The notes under the pieces were generated by a model. It searched no databases. It saw only the letters and a list, made by a program, of their open reading frames with translations, and was not told the origin of the DNA. Source: Saprospiraceae bacterium (GTDB taxonomy: Bacteria > Bacteroidota > Bacteroidia > Chitinophagales > Saprospiraceae). From it: a DNA stretch of 64,000 nt. The translations under genes and the position numbers were made by a program. This document shows positions 39,815 to 49,664 of the stretch, piece after piece. Positions within the stretch are counted from its first letter, which is position 1, and each line of letters starts with the position of its first letter. The DNA is taken from the NCBI GenBank assembly GCA_021298575.1, contig JAJTFM010000013.1:5291-69290 (forward strand). The letters are read 5' to 3'.

Positions 39815-41326
39815 TCAGACCGAGCGTCCCCAGGTTACGCCTTCTTTGCCGTCTTTCACCTGAATTCCGATTGCGGACAGGGCATCCCTGATTTTATCGC
39901 TGGCGGCCCAGTCTTTCTGCGCGCGCGCCTGTGCGCGCATGTCGAGCACCAGATTCATCAGTCCGTCCACTACCCCACTGTCGCCGGCAGATGATGTATC
40001 ATCGAGCAATCCGAGAATATCGAACAGGAAAGTATTGAATATGGCTTTCATCCTGTCGAGCACCCAGGGCGACAATGCATCTGCAGGTAACTGTTTATTG
40101 GCAATTTTGTGTACATAGCTTCCCATTTCATTGAGAGCGGCGATTACTACTGCCGTATTGAAATCGTCGTCCATGCCCTTGTAAGCCTCTTCCATGAGCG
40201 TTGAAACAGCGCGGTCATGTTCATTTTCAGAGCCATCAAATGCTTTTGAATCTACAGGCAAGGACTGAAGCAAACGACTGGTTTCCATCAGTTTGCTGTA
40301 GCCCTTCTCCGCGGCAAGGAGTGCATCGTCGGTGATATCGAGCGTACTGCGATAATGAGCCATCAGCATGAAGAAGCGGACCACCATAGGCGAATAGGCC
40401 TTGGTGGTATGGGGGCTGTTTCCGGAAAAAAGTTCAGCCGGTGAAATCGTATTGCCGTCTGACTTGGACATTTTCTTGTTATTCAGCAGCAGCATATTGG
40501 TATGCATCCAGGTACGCGCTGGCGAGCATCCGCATGCTCCGTGGTTTTGTGCTACCTCATTTTCATGGTGCGGGAATTTCAGATCGTTGCCTCCACCATG
40601 AATATCGAATGTTTTACCAAGATATTTGGTGCTCATGGCACTGCATTCAAGGTGCCAGCCGGGGAAACCGACCGACCACGGGCTGTTCCACACCATCAGA
40701 TCCTGTGGACGGGCCTTCATCCAGATAGCAAAATCAGCCGGGTGATTTTTTTCGTCCTGATTTTTCAGTTCTCTGGTTTCGGCATACAGGTCATCCAGAA
40801 TCCTTCCACTGACAGAGCCGTATACACCGGGATTTTCACCTGCAAATTTGGGTACATTGAAATATACAGAACCATTGCGCTCATAGGCGAGTCCGCGGTC
40901 GAGGATACTCTGCACCATTTCAATCTGCTCGGGGATATGCCCGGTGGCCCGGGGTTCGATACTTGGCGGAAGCGTATTGAGGATACGCATCATATCATGG
41001 AAGCCGAGCGTATATTTTTGAGCCACCTCCATTGGTTCGAGCTGGGCCAGTTTGGAACCTTTGGCCATGCGGTCTTCGCCATCGTCGGTCAGGTGTCCTA
41101 CATCGGTGATATTGCGTACGTAGCGAACCTTGTAGCCGAGGTGCCTGAAGTAGCGATGAATGACATCGAAACTTACATAGGTGCGGCAGTTACCCAGGTG
41201 AGCATCGTTATAGACAGTAGGGCCGCATACATACATACCGACATATCCGGGAGTAATTGGCTCAAACACGTCTTTCTTGCCTGTAAGCGTGTTGTATATT
41301 CTGAGTTTTCGTGTTTCGTGCAACAT
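39815..41326 (-). CDS. cysS: Cysteine--tRNA ligase
   Basis: 503 aa. HIGH-type motif (CGPTVYNDAHLGN) and KMSKS. Confidence 0.95.
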   Translation of the reverse strand: MLHETRKLRIYNTLTGKKDVFEPITPGYVGMYVCGPTVYNDAHLGNCRTYVSFDVIHRYFRHLGYKVRYVRNITDVGHLTDDGEDRMAKGSKLAQLEPMEVAQKYTLGFHDMMRILNTLPPSIEPRATGHIPEQIEMVQSILDRGLAYERNGSVYFNVPKFAGENPGVYGSVSGRILDDLYAETRELKNQDEKNHPADFAIWMKARPQDLMVWNSPWSVGFPGWHLECSAMSTKYLGKTFDIHGGGNDLKFPHHENEVAQNHGACGCSPARTWMHTNMLLLNNKKMSKSDGNTISPAELFSGNSPHTTKAYSPMVVRFFMLMAHYRSTLDITDDALLAAEKGYSKLMETSRLLQSLPVDSKAFDGSENEHDRAVSTLMEEAYKGMDDDFNTAVVIAALNEMGSYVHKIANKQLPADALSPWVLDRMKAIFNTFLFDILGLLDDTSSAGDSGVVDGLMNLVLDMRAQARAQKDWAASDKIRDALSAIGIQVKDGKEGVTWGRSV

Positions 41327-41352
41327 GTTGCGAAATTGAAAAATTGATTTTG

Positions 41353-42141
41353 TTATTCAGAAGCCCTGGAGGCAGCTTTAGCCAGTCGGGCTCTTTTTTG
41401 TTTTTCAGCGGCGATATCCTTTACGACTACACTGGCCATGTGGAGGCCGAACAATGCGGGTATGTAAGAGCAGGTACCGTAGAAAGATTTTTTGAATTTG
41501 CTCCCATCTGTAAGCATCATCGTTGAAATATCGACCAGTTCAGAAGAAAAAACCACTGTGACACCTCTTCTGACGCCCTTTCGTTTGAGACCTTTGCGCA
41601 CCTGTTGTGCGAACGGGCAATTATAGGTTTCGGAGATATCGGCTACACGCACCTGAGAGGGGTCTATTCGACCACCGGCACCCATACTGCTAACCACCCT
41701 GATACCCTTTTGTTTACAGGTTACTACAATATACTGTTTGGGCTGTATCGAATCAATACAGTCGAATACATATTGGAATTCGGGGGTTATCAGATTCCTG
41801 ACCTCTTCAGGGCCGAGGAAACTGTTGATTACTCGAAGGTCAATATCAGGATTTATATCGCGGATACGGGCAGCCATTACTTCCGCTTTGGCCTGCCCCA
41901 CTGTACTGTGCAGGGCGGGTAACTGCCGGTTTGTATTCGTGATATCCACGGTATCGCCATCAACGATTGTCATTCTTCCCACGCCTGCGCGTGCAAGGAA
42001 TTCGGCAGCATAGCTACCCACTCCCCCGAGTCCGATGACAAGAACATGGAGATTTCTGAGTTGATCAATTGATTCTTCGCCGAGCAGTAGCTGCGTTCGC
42101 TGCAGCCAGTGTGGGGCGGATGAAGCAGACATATCGTTCAC
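41353..42141 (-). CDS. tcdA: tRNA threonylcarbamoyladenosine dehydratase (ThiF/MoeB-like)
   Basis: 262 aa. GLGGVGSYAAEFLARAGVG Rossmann motif and TcdA-type length. Confidence 0.8.
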   Translation of the reverse strand: MNDMSASSAPHWLQRTQLLLGEESIDQLRNLHVLVIGLGGVGSYAAEFLARAGVGRMTIVDGDTVDITNTNRQLPALHSTVGQAKAEVMAARIRDINPDIDLRVINSFLGPEEVRNLITPEFQYVFDCIDSIQPKQYIVVTCKQKGIRVVSSMGAGGRIDPSQVRVADISETYNCPFAQQVRKGLKRKGVRRGVTVVFSSELVDISTMMLTDGSKFKKSFYGTCSYIPALFGLHMASVVVKDIAAEKQKRARLAKAASRASE

Positions 42142-42163
42142 AATGATTCAGATTGTTTTGTGT

Positions 42164-43789
42164 TCAAAGTGCTTTTCTCAGTCTTGCAACCGGGATATTA
42201 AGCTGTTCCCGGTATTTTGCGACCGTTCTGCGGGCTATATTATAGCCTTTTTTAAGCAGGATTGACTTCAGTTTTTCATCAGAGAGAGGTCTTCGTTTGT
42301 TTTCTTCGCCAATCACCTCGGAAAGAATTTTTTTGACCTCCAGTGTAGATACCTCTTCACCGTCCTGCGTACTCAGGCTCTCGGAGAAGAAGTCCTTCAG
42401 GCGTTTTGTCCCGAATTCCGTTTGTACATACTTGGAGTTGGCTACACGGCTCACGGTAGAAATATCCAGACCGGTTGTATCTGCTATATCCTTCAGAATC
42501 ATGGGCTTAATTTTCTTCTGGTCGCCGGTCAGGAAGAACTCCTCCTGATGGCGCAGGATGGCTCCCATTGTAAGCATCATCGTTTGGTGGCGCTGTTTAA
42601 TGGCATCAATAAACCAGCGTGCGCTCTCGATTTTCTGTTTGATGAACAGCACAGCCTCTTTCTCCTGCCGGGTTGGCTTGCGCGCCATCCGGCCGTCGTG
42701 AAAAGCCTTCAGCATATCGCGGTACTGATCGTTGATACGAAGGTCGGGTGCGTTTCTGGCATTGAGAGAAAGTTCGAGTTCGCCATCGCGGTTACTCACA
42801 ATAAAATCGGGTATGACATAATTCAGAACACGGTTATCGCGGGTGGCAAATCCGCTTGCAGGTTTGGGGTTCAGTTTGAGTACTTCACTGATGGCCTCTT
42901 TCAGCTCATCTTCCTCCACATTAAGTTGCCGGCACAATTTGGGGTAATGTTTTTTGGTAAATTCGTCGAAGTACTGACTGATAATCCGGATTGCGATTTG
43001 AATAGTATGCTTTTCGTCGCGGGAGAGCGTTTCCTCTTCCTGTCGGAGTCTTGACTGTAGCTGGAGCAGCAGGCATTCCTGAAGATCTCTGGCGCCGGTA
43101 CCGGGAGGATCGAATTGCTGAATACGGGATAGTATTCTGTTGATTTCCTTTTCGTGGGTAGAGATATTCCGGCTGAAGAGCAGGTCGTCAACCATAGCCG
43201 ACGGCTCGCGTCTCATATATCCGTCGTCGTCAATGGAGCCTATGATTTGAAGAGCGATATCGTATTCACGTTCATCGAGATCGAGCATACCCAGTTGTTG
43301 TTCCAGGTATTCGTGAAAAGTATTTTCGAAGGCCAGAGGCATTGACTTGTCGTCGTCATCTCCGCCACTTTCGTCCCGGGTTTTATAGGTTGCCGGGTCG
43401 TCCTCAATAAAGTCCATCAGATAGTCATCCAGTTCCGGCCCGTCGTCGTTACTGATACTGACAGTTTCCTCATCGGCATACTCCTCGACTGAATCGCGGT
43501 CTATGTCATCGAGGGAATCTCCGGTGTCTTCGGCCTCATTTCTGTCGGCTTCATTTTTTTCGTGTTCGTAGTAAGCCGGGTCTGCGTCTCCCTGTTCCAG
43601 CGTATCCGTCAGATCTGCGGTTTCATCGCCTTCTTCGAGTGCCGGATTAGCCTCCAGTTCCTCCTGAATTCGCTGTTCGAGTGTAGCTGTAGGAATTTGC
43701 AGCAGTTTCATTAACTGAATCTGCTGGGGCGACAATTTTTGCTGCAGTTTTTGACTGAGCGTTTGTTTCGGGCCAAAGGGAGATGCCAT
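42164..43789 (-). CDS. rpoN: RNA polymerase sigma-54 factor
   Basis: 541 aa. Q-rich N-terminus (LSPQQIQLMKLLQ), long acidic region II, and the RpoN box ARRTVAKYRE. Confidence 0.95.
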   Translation of the reverse strand: MASPFGPKQTLSQKLQQKLSPQQIQLMKLLQIPTATLEQRIQEELEANPALEEGDETADLTDTLEQGDADPAYYEHEKNEADRNEAEDTGDSLDDIDRDSVEEYADEETVSISNDDGPELDDYLMDFIEDDPATYKTRDESGGDDDDKSMPLAFENTFHEYLEQQLGMLDLDEREYDIALQIIGSIDDDGYMRREPSAMVDDLLFSRNISTHEKEINRILSRIQQFDPPGTGARDLQECLLLQLQSRLRQEEETLSRDEKHTIQIAIRIISQYFDEFTKKHYPKLCRQLNVEEDELKEAISEVLKLNPKPASGFATRDNRVLNYVIPDFIVSNRDGELELSLNARNAPDLRINDQYRDMLKAFHDGRMARKPTRQEKEAVLFIKQKIESARWFIDAIKQRHQTMMLTMGAILRHQEEFFLTGDQKKIKPMILKDIADTTGLDISTVSRVANSKYVQTEFGTKRLKDFFSESLSTQDGEEVSTLEVKKILSEVIGEENKRRPLSDEKLKSILLKKGYNIARRTVAKYREQLNIPVARLRKAL

Positions 43790-44074
43790 CGAGTAATCAG
43801 GGAGGTTAATTTCTCAGAGCCTCTGTCGGTGAAAATTGTCCTGTCAAATAAGAGGCCAAAATACACAAGTTAGTTCCGAGCGATGTATTAAAAAAATGAA
43901 ATCGTTTATTTTTGCTTGTATAAAAAGCTGTTAATAAACGACTTAATGAAAAAAAGAATGGATTAAATGAAATGAATTTGTTTAAAAAAAGTTGGCAAGG
44001 ATAAGGCAAATTTCAGAATTAACTTTCAAAAAGTTGCAAAAAATGTGAAATAGCGGCCTGCCTGTGTGTAGCGG

Positions 44075-45124
44075 TTACACCTTGTCTTTATTGGCAAGTT
44101 GTCCGCAAGCGGCATCAATATCCTTTCCGCGACTTCTCCTGACGGTTACTGTCACCCCTTCTTTTGCGAGATATGCGGCGAAAGCATTAAGCCTGTTTTC
44201 GTCTGATTTGGCGAAGGTGGCTCCGTCAATCGGGTTGTATTCGATGATATTTACCCTGACAGGAAACTTTTTTCTGCACAGTTGTACGAGGCGGGCCGCA
44301 TCGGCCGGGGTATCGTTAAATTTTTCGAAAGCAATATATTCGTAGGATATGCGACCCTTTGTTTTGAGGTAAAAGTATTCGAGAGATTCCATCAGGGCTG
44401 CCAGGTTATTGGACTCGTTGATGGGCATTATTTCGTTTCGTTTGGCATCGTCGGCAGCATGGAGGCTCAGGGCCAGATTCGATCTGTATCCGTCGTCGGC
44501 CAGTTTTCGTATCATTTTGGCAATTCCGGCGGTGCTGATGGTGATGCGGCGGGCACCCATACCCAGTCCAAGCGGTGCCGGTGATGTCAGGAGTTCCACA
44601 CTTCTCATGGTATTTGCATAGGTGAGCAGTGGCTCACCCATACCCATATAGACTACATTGGTGAGTGGCCGACCGAAGGCCTCCATACACTGCCGGTTTA
44701 CCCCGGCAACCTGATCAAAAATCTCGAAGGGTTCCAGATTTCGTTTCCTGCCCATTTTTCCGGTTGCGCAGAAGGAGCAAGTCAGGCTACAGCCGACCTG
44801 TGTACTCACACAAACCGTAAAACGTTCGTCATTAGGCACCGGTATCAGGACGCTCTCGATCCGGTGGCCATCGTGCGTAAGCCATCTGGTTTTGATAGTT
44901 CCGTCGAGGCTGTGCTGCACTTTTTCTTCAAAAAGCGTGTTGAATTCGAATTGTTCTGACAGCTTGCCGCGCAGTGATTTGGACAGATTACTCATGCTGT
45001 CGTAATCGGTGACGCATTTGCTCCAGAGCCATTCATATAATTGTCGGGCTCTGAATCGTGGTTCGCCCCATTCGGCGAACAGGCGCTCGGTTTCGGGCAG
45101 GGTAAGAGATCTGATATCTGACAT
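44075..45124 (-). CDS. rlmN: 23S rRNA/tRNA (adenine-C2)-methyltransferase, radical SAM
   Basis: 349 aa. CSLTCSFCATG radical-SAM cluster motif and GMGEPL. Confidence 0.92.
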   Translation of the reverse strand: MSDIRSLTLPETERLFAEWGEPRFRARQLYEWLWSKCVTDYDSMSNLSKSLRGKLSEQFEFNTLFEEKVQHSLDGTIKTRWLTHDGHRIESVLIPVPNDERFTVCVSTQVGCSLTCSFCATGKMGRKRNLEPFEIFDQVAGVNRQCMEAFGRPLTNVVYMGMGEPLLTYANTMRSVELLTSPAPLGLGMGARRITISTAGIAKMIRKLADDGYRSNLALSLHAADDAKRNEIMPINESNNLAALMESLEYFYLKTKGRISYEYIAFEKFNDTPADAARLVQLCRKKFPVRVNIIEYNPIDGATFAKSDENRLNAFAAYLAKEGVTVTVRRSRGKDIDAACGQLANKDKV

Positions 45125-45213
45125 GCTGCAAAATTAGGGGAAAAATCGGGTAGTTGCATGAATAACAAATGAGCCGGCCCTTCGACAAGGACCGGCTCAC
45201 AAGAGTTCAGGGG

Positions 45214-45807
45214 TTAGCTGTATAAGTACAACGGGAGAATCAGTCGCGACTTCCGAGGAAGCTCATGAGCAGATAAATAAATTGTACGAGAGTTACTGGC
45301 GTCGAACTCGACCGGTAACGTGACGAGGCTGAAGAGTGTGGTTACTCCGAATGCCACGAGCGCCACGATCATCAGCATGGGCGATTTGAACATGGACATC
45401 CCTACAAGAGCGGCCATGAACAGATACTGCTGCAGACTGGCGGCGATATTGACAATCGGCACCATATTGGAGCGCATTTGCAGGAAATTGTAGGCGGTGG
45501 CGTGCTGAACAGCGTGGCCGCATTCGTGGGCGGCTACAGCGGCGGCGGCCACGTTTCTTCCGTAGTAAACATCATAGCTGAGGTTTACAGTTTTATCCTG
45601 CGGATTGTAGTGATCGGTGAGCTGACCATCAATCTGCGTGATTTTCACATCATATATCTGGTTATACCGCAGCATGGCGGCAGCCACTTCAGCACCGGTT
45701 TGTCCGTTGGAAAGCGGAACCTCGGAGTACTGGTTGAATTTTCTTTTGAGTATCCCGGAGACGATAGCGCCCAGGACGGCGAATAGAATGCTGATGACTA
45801 ATAGCAT
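45214..45807 (-). CDS. Zinc metallopeptidase (YugP / PF04298-like) with a disrupted C-terminus
   Basis: HECGHAVQH zinc motif and LPVEFDAS motif. After DASN the frame reads non-family sequence, while the family-like C-terminal end (TLVQFIYLLMSFLGSRD-stop) lies in another frame at about 45240-45297. Confidence 0.75.
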   Translation of the reverse strand: MLLVISILFAVLGAIVSGILKRKFNQYSEVPLSNGQTGAEVAAAMLRYNQIYDVKITQIDGQLTDHYNPQDKTVNLSYDVYYGRNVAAAAVAAHECGHAVQHATAYNFLQMRSNMVPIVNIAASLQQYLFMAALVGMSMFKSPMLMIVALVAFGVTTLFSLVTLPVEFDASNSRTIYLSAHELPRKSRLILPLYLYS

Positions 45808-45860
45808 GGCTGTTCAAAAAGTTTTTGATTGTTTTTTGTTGTGACGTAAAGAACGCCCAA

Positions 45861-45896
45861 AAATAACAAAAGGTTTCATATTTTTTTCATGAAACC
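45861..45896 (-). terminator. Rho-independent terminator downstream of serS
   Basis: 8-bp stem GGTTTCAT/ATGAAACC (45872-45879 / 45889-45896), followed on the minus strand by a T-rich tract. Confidence 0.55.
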
Positions 45897-45919
45897 GATA
45901 CAATTATTCAGTTTACCGA

Positions 45920-47092
45920 TCAGTCAATCATTTTGAAGCCGGTATATTTCCAGAGTGCCTTTGGAATTTTGATCCCTTCGGAGGTCTGGTTGTTTTCCAG
46001 GAGAGCTGCCACGATGCGGGCAAGTGCAAGGGCCGAACCGTTCAGTGAGTGTGCAAGCTGGATCTGACCATTGGCATCGCGGTAGCGCGTTTTCAGGCGG
46101 TTAGTCTGAAAAGTTTCAAAATTTGAGACAGAGCTGACCTCCAGCCAACGCTTCTGGGCAGCTGACCAAACTTCAAAATCGTATGTTTTTGCGGAAGCAA
46201 ATCCCATATCGCCGCCACAAAGCAACAGGATACGGAATGGCAGTTCCAGTTTTTTCATAAGTTTTTCCACATGGCGGATCATCTCCTGATGTGTTTTGTA
46301 TGATCTGTCGGGGTGATCTATCACAACAATTTCTACCTTGTCGAACTGGTGCACCCGGTTGAGCCCGCGCACGTGTGCGCCCCACGCGCCTGCCTCTCTG
46401 CGGAAGCAGGGTGTATAGGCGGTCATTTTAATTGGAAGATCCTTTTCGGCGAGGATATCATTCCTGACAATATTGGTGACTGGTACTTCAGCAGTCGGGA
46501 TCAGGTAAAGATTATCCACCGTGCAATGGTACATCTGTCCTTCCTTGTCGGGGAGCTGTCCGGTACCTCTTGCCGAATCTTCATTAACCAGCAGCGGGGG
46601 TTGAATTTCTTCGAAGCCGGCCTTTACAGCCTCGTCGAGGAAAAACTGCACGAGGGCCCTTTGCAGGCGGGCGCCCTTGCCCCTGTAGACCGGAAAGCCC
46701 GCACCGGTGAGTTTGACTCCCATCTCGAGGTCAAAAAGGTTGTATTTCTTCGCCAGATCCCAGTGCGCCAGTGTATCCCCCGCGAGCTCGGGAAGCGGTT
46801 TGTCCCACGCTTTGGCTACCTTGTTATCGTCTGCAGTTTTGCCTTTGGGAACCGACTTGTGCGGACAATTTGGGACAGAGTACAGCAATTCGTCGAGCTT
46901 CTGTTCGGTTTGGCGCTGCTGTTCTTCCTGTTCCCTTGATTTTTCCTTGAGGGCTGCCAGGCCATTACGACGAACCTCATCGAGCTGGATTATGTGATCA
47001 ATGACCTGAGTCTGACGGGCGGGCCAGTTCCTTTTGCGGAGGCCGGCTATGATCCGTTGTTTTTCGTCCCGGATTGTTTTGAGCGTGAGCAT
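45920..47092 (-). CDS. serS: Serine--tRNA ligase (short N-terminal arm)
   Basis: 390 aa. Class II motifs (FRREAG, HQFDKVE, GDMGFASAKTYDFEVW, NGSALA). The coiled-coil arm region is visibly shorter than in E. coli SerRS. Confidence 0.9.
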   Translation of the reverse strand: MLTLKTIRDEKQRIIAGLRKRNWPARQTQVIDHIIQLDEVRRNGLAALKEKSREQEEQQRQTEQKLDELLYSVPNCPHKSVPKGKTADDNKVAKAWDKPLPELAGDTLAHWDLAKKYNLFDLEMGVKLTGAGFPVYRGKGARLQRALVQFFLDEAVKAGFEEIQPPLLVNEDSARGTGQLPDKEGQMYHCTVDNLYLIPTAEVPVTNIVRNDILAEKDLPIKMTAYTPCFRREAGAWGAHVRGLNRVHQFDKVEIVVIDHPDRSYKTHQEMIRHVEKLMKKLELPFRILLLCGGDMGFASAKTYDFEVWSAAQKRWLEVSSVSNFETFQTNRLKTRYRDANGQIQLAHSLNGSALALARIVAALLENNQTSEGIKIPKALWKYTGFKMID

Positions 47093-47160
47093 ATTTGTCG
47101 GATGCGTTGGTGTTGGAAATAAGGGGGCAAAGTTCGCGAACTTTTACATCAATGAGGAAT

Positions 47161-49230
47161 TCACTGCCCGCAAAATTGCTTCAGAAGCGCTGCGCCGGCA
47201 GGATAACCCTTTCCGGCGGCCTCTTTCCAGTCGGCACAGGCGCCTTGCAGGTCGCCCGAATCCTTCCTGGCCAGTCCGCGATTGCATAAATAATCGAGTG
47301 CACCCGGCTTGAGTTCAACCGCCTTGTTGTACATGGGTATTGCCTCGGAAAATCGCCTGAGAGATGCCAGTGCGTTAGCTTTATTATTATAGCCCTCCGC
47401 AAACTGAGGATTCAGTTCGACAGAGCGACTGAAAGCAACCAGTGCATCGTTCATGCGACCAGTTGCGGCCAGGCAGTTTCCTCTCAGGTACTGACAGTTG
47501 AAGTCATCTTTTTCGCTGATGGCCTCATTGAGTACTTGCAGCGCCTCGGTGTACATACCTGCGTTGTAGGAGGCTTTGCCTATGCCTTCCAGCACCTCAT
47601 ACCGGGGTTTTTTGACGCCAAGTTCCAATGCCTTTCGGTAATCAGCAATGGCCTTTACCGGTTCTTTGGCGTTAAGGAGTATCTGAGCGCGTGTAAAATG
47701 CGCGTTTGCATCATCGGGCCTGACCGTAATCAGGCGATCGAAGTACGGAATTGCATCGCGGTAACGTCCGAGCCTGTTCATAGCTATTCCCGCGTTGTAC
47801 AGCAAATCAAAACTCGACGGATTGGCTTTAAGTCCTTTTTCGAAAGCAATCGCAGCCTTTTCGTCTTCATCGATATCCAGATAGGCAAGTCCGTAATTAT
47901 TCCAGGAGAGTGCATCATTCGGAAATTTGTCTGTCACATTTTCCCAAAGGGTCAGGCTCGAGTGCCATGTGGCATTCTGTCTGAAGGTCAGGAAGGCAAA
48001 CAGTGCAATAAATCCGGCTGCCAGGTATGGGAGCAGACGCCTGAACATTGGGGAAACCCCGCCATCCATGGCAGACTGATACCCGTGCGCGAGTGCGAAG
48101 AAAAGCCCCAGATAGGGAATATAAGTAAAACGATCGGCCATGAATGCCTTTCCGGCGCCTTTGAACTGCAGGACGAACATGATATTGACCAGAAAAAACA
48201 TGAATGCAAATACAACCGTTCGATTGGTTTTGGCGCTTTTCCATACCCACCAGCCTATTCCAGCCAGTACGATCGGTGTTGCATAATACAAGACAGGCAA
48301 GGCCCCTTTATCTGGATACGGGTAATAGGCTGACAGTCCGAACGGTGCTACTACTTTCAGCAGGTAATTAAAGAGAGAGTAAGTGGCAAAGAAGAGGCGT
48401 TCAACCGGTGAATATCCTGTGTCTTTGAAACCCTCCGCCACATTAAGAAAGTGCAGACCAACGAGGCCAACGGCCAGCGAGAGTAGCCAGAAATGAGTCT
48501 TTTCAATCCAGACCCGCCAGTTTTTGATATCCCGGCCGTGGTAGTAGTCCAGACAAATCAGTGAAAGCGGAAGCGAAACAGCCTGAATTTTCGAGAAATA
48601 AGAGAGTATCCCCAGGACAATCGTCAAGATCATCCACCGTGACTTTCCTGCCGGCTCATTCAGATATTTCCAGTAAGACAGCAAAGAGCCTATATAAAAC
48701 AGGCCATACAAGACGTCTTTGCGTTCAGTCACCCAGGCTACACTTTCACTGCGCATCGGGTGAATACCGAACAGAACGGTAGCAATACCAAGTGCCCAAC
48801 TCCGGAGGCCCAGGGCGCGGAACAGGGAAAAGGACATTGCTGTAGCTCCCAGGTGAAGCAAAACATTGGTCAGGTGGTAGGTGAACGGGTTGAAATTATC
48901 CGCAACCATCTCTCCGGGCTTCACAACCGGATCAAAAATATGCTCTACGGAATAAGACAGTACAACGAGCGGTGAGTAGTTACCGCAGGTGTGCCCGGTG
49001 AACATATCGGCGATTGCTCCGCCTGAAAGCGGCTGAATCAGCGCGTTCAGCCACAAATACCCGTGGTCGTCCCAGTTGACAAAACCGGCACCAAGCGTAT
49101 TGAAGAAAACTGCAAGCGTTAGCAGCAGACTCCAGAGAAGAAGGAAATTATCCGGAATCACCCATTTGTTGCCATCAGCCGGGATAGCGTTAGGCTGTAC
49201 GGTATTCCGGCGCTGTATTTTTTTCGACAT
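47161..49230 (-). CDS. Multi-pass membrane protein with C-terminal TPR repeats (TMTC / PMT_2-like glycosyltransferase architecture)
   Basis: 689 aa. About 10 TM helices in the N-terminal two thirds, then several TPR units (AIADYRKALEL, ALVAFSRSVELNP, AIPMYNKAVELKP). Confidence 0.75.
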   Translation of the reverse strand: MSKKIQRRNTVQPNAIPADGNKWVIPDNFLLLWSLLLTLAVFFNTLGAGFVNWDDHGYLWLNALIQPLSGGAIADMFTGHTCGNYSPLVVLSYSVEHIFDPVVKPGEMVADNFNPFTYHLTNVLLHLGATAMSFSLFRALGLRSWALGIATVLFGIHPMRSESVAWVTERKDVLYGLFYIGSLLSYWKYLNEPAGKSRWMILTIVLGILSYFSKIQAVSLPLSLICLDYYHGRDIKNWRVWIEKTHFWLLSLAVGLVGLHFLNVAEGFKDTGYSPVERLFFATYSLFNYLLKVVAPFGLSAYYPYPDKGALPVLYYATPIVLAGIGWWVWKSAKTNRTVVFAFMFFLVNIMFVLQFKGAGKAFMADRFTYIPYLGLFFALAHGYQSAMDGGVSPMFRRLLPYLAAGFIALFAFLTFRQNATWHSSLTLWENVTDKFPNDALSWNNYGLAYLDIDEDEKAAIAFEKGLKANPSSFDLLYNAGIAMNRLGRYRDAIPYFDRLITVRPDDANAHFTRAQILLNAKEPVKAIADYRKALELGVKKPRYEVLEGIGKASYNAGMYTEALQVLNEAISEKDDFNCQYLRGNCLAATGRMNDALVAFSRSVELNPQFAEGYNNKANALASLRRFSEAIPMYNKAVELKPGALDYLCNRGLARKDSGDLQGACADWKEAAGKGYPAGAALLKQFCGQ

Positions 49231-49385
49231 GCCACATTCAGGTTAAGGCAATTGACTAAGAAATCTGATCGTATGGCATTCAGGTACGAGGTGCCAAAGT
49301 ATGCGCAAAGATAAAATTGGCAATACCAGAACATATCCCTGAACAAAGAATCGGGATAAAATATTTATAAAATTAAAAAAAGACG

Positions 49386-49393
49386 TAACTTTG
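49386..49393 (+). promoter_or_regulatory. Candidate Bacteroidota -7 promoter box (TAACTTTG) for rho
   Basis: Exact TAnnTTTG match. TTTA lies ~18 nt upstream within an AT-rich tract. This would give a ~265-nt leader. Confidence 0.4.
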
Positions 49394-49664
49394 CAGGGTT
49401 AAAGGCGTTTGATGCGCGTCTTGTTTTTGTGAATTCCCCTTCCCAATTTCGTGGGAACCACGCTGAAAGTTTTTCTGAGTGGCTGCCGGGAACTATCCCA
49501 CTTTCTAAACATGTCCGCCTTTTTGGCGTTTTTTCTTCAAAAGTTGAGCCCAGGGCATCAATATTCATTTAACCTGAATTTCCTACCGAACCTGATTTCC
49601 GGGACGTCTGCTTCTGATGGCGCCCGTCGGGTTTACAGCAACAAAAGCATTTTTAAGTCCCACC

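Noticed and set aside
40502-41347. 281-aa + strand ORF
   Set aside because: It is antisense to cysS, which has clear HIGH/KMSKS motifs. It is a typical long shadow ORF.
49339-49349. CCTGAACAA match to part of the MITE TIR upstream of rho
   Set aside because: Only 9 nt match and there is no adjoining TIR sequence, so this is compatible with chance.
49617-49664. Upstream ATG for rho ([16 protein letters not shown]...)
   Set aside because: The conserved Rho N-terminus begins at [10 protein letters not shown]. The extension has no counterpart in the family and lies in the leader.
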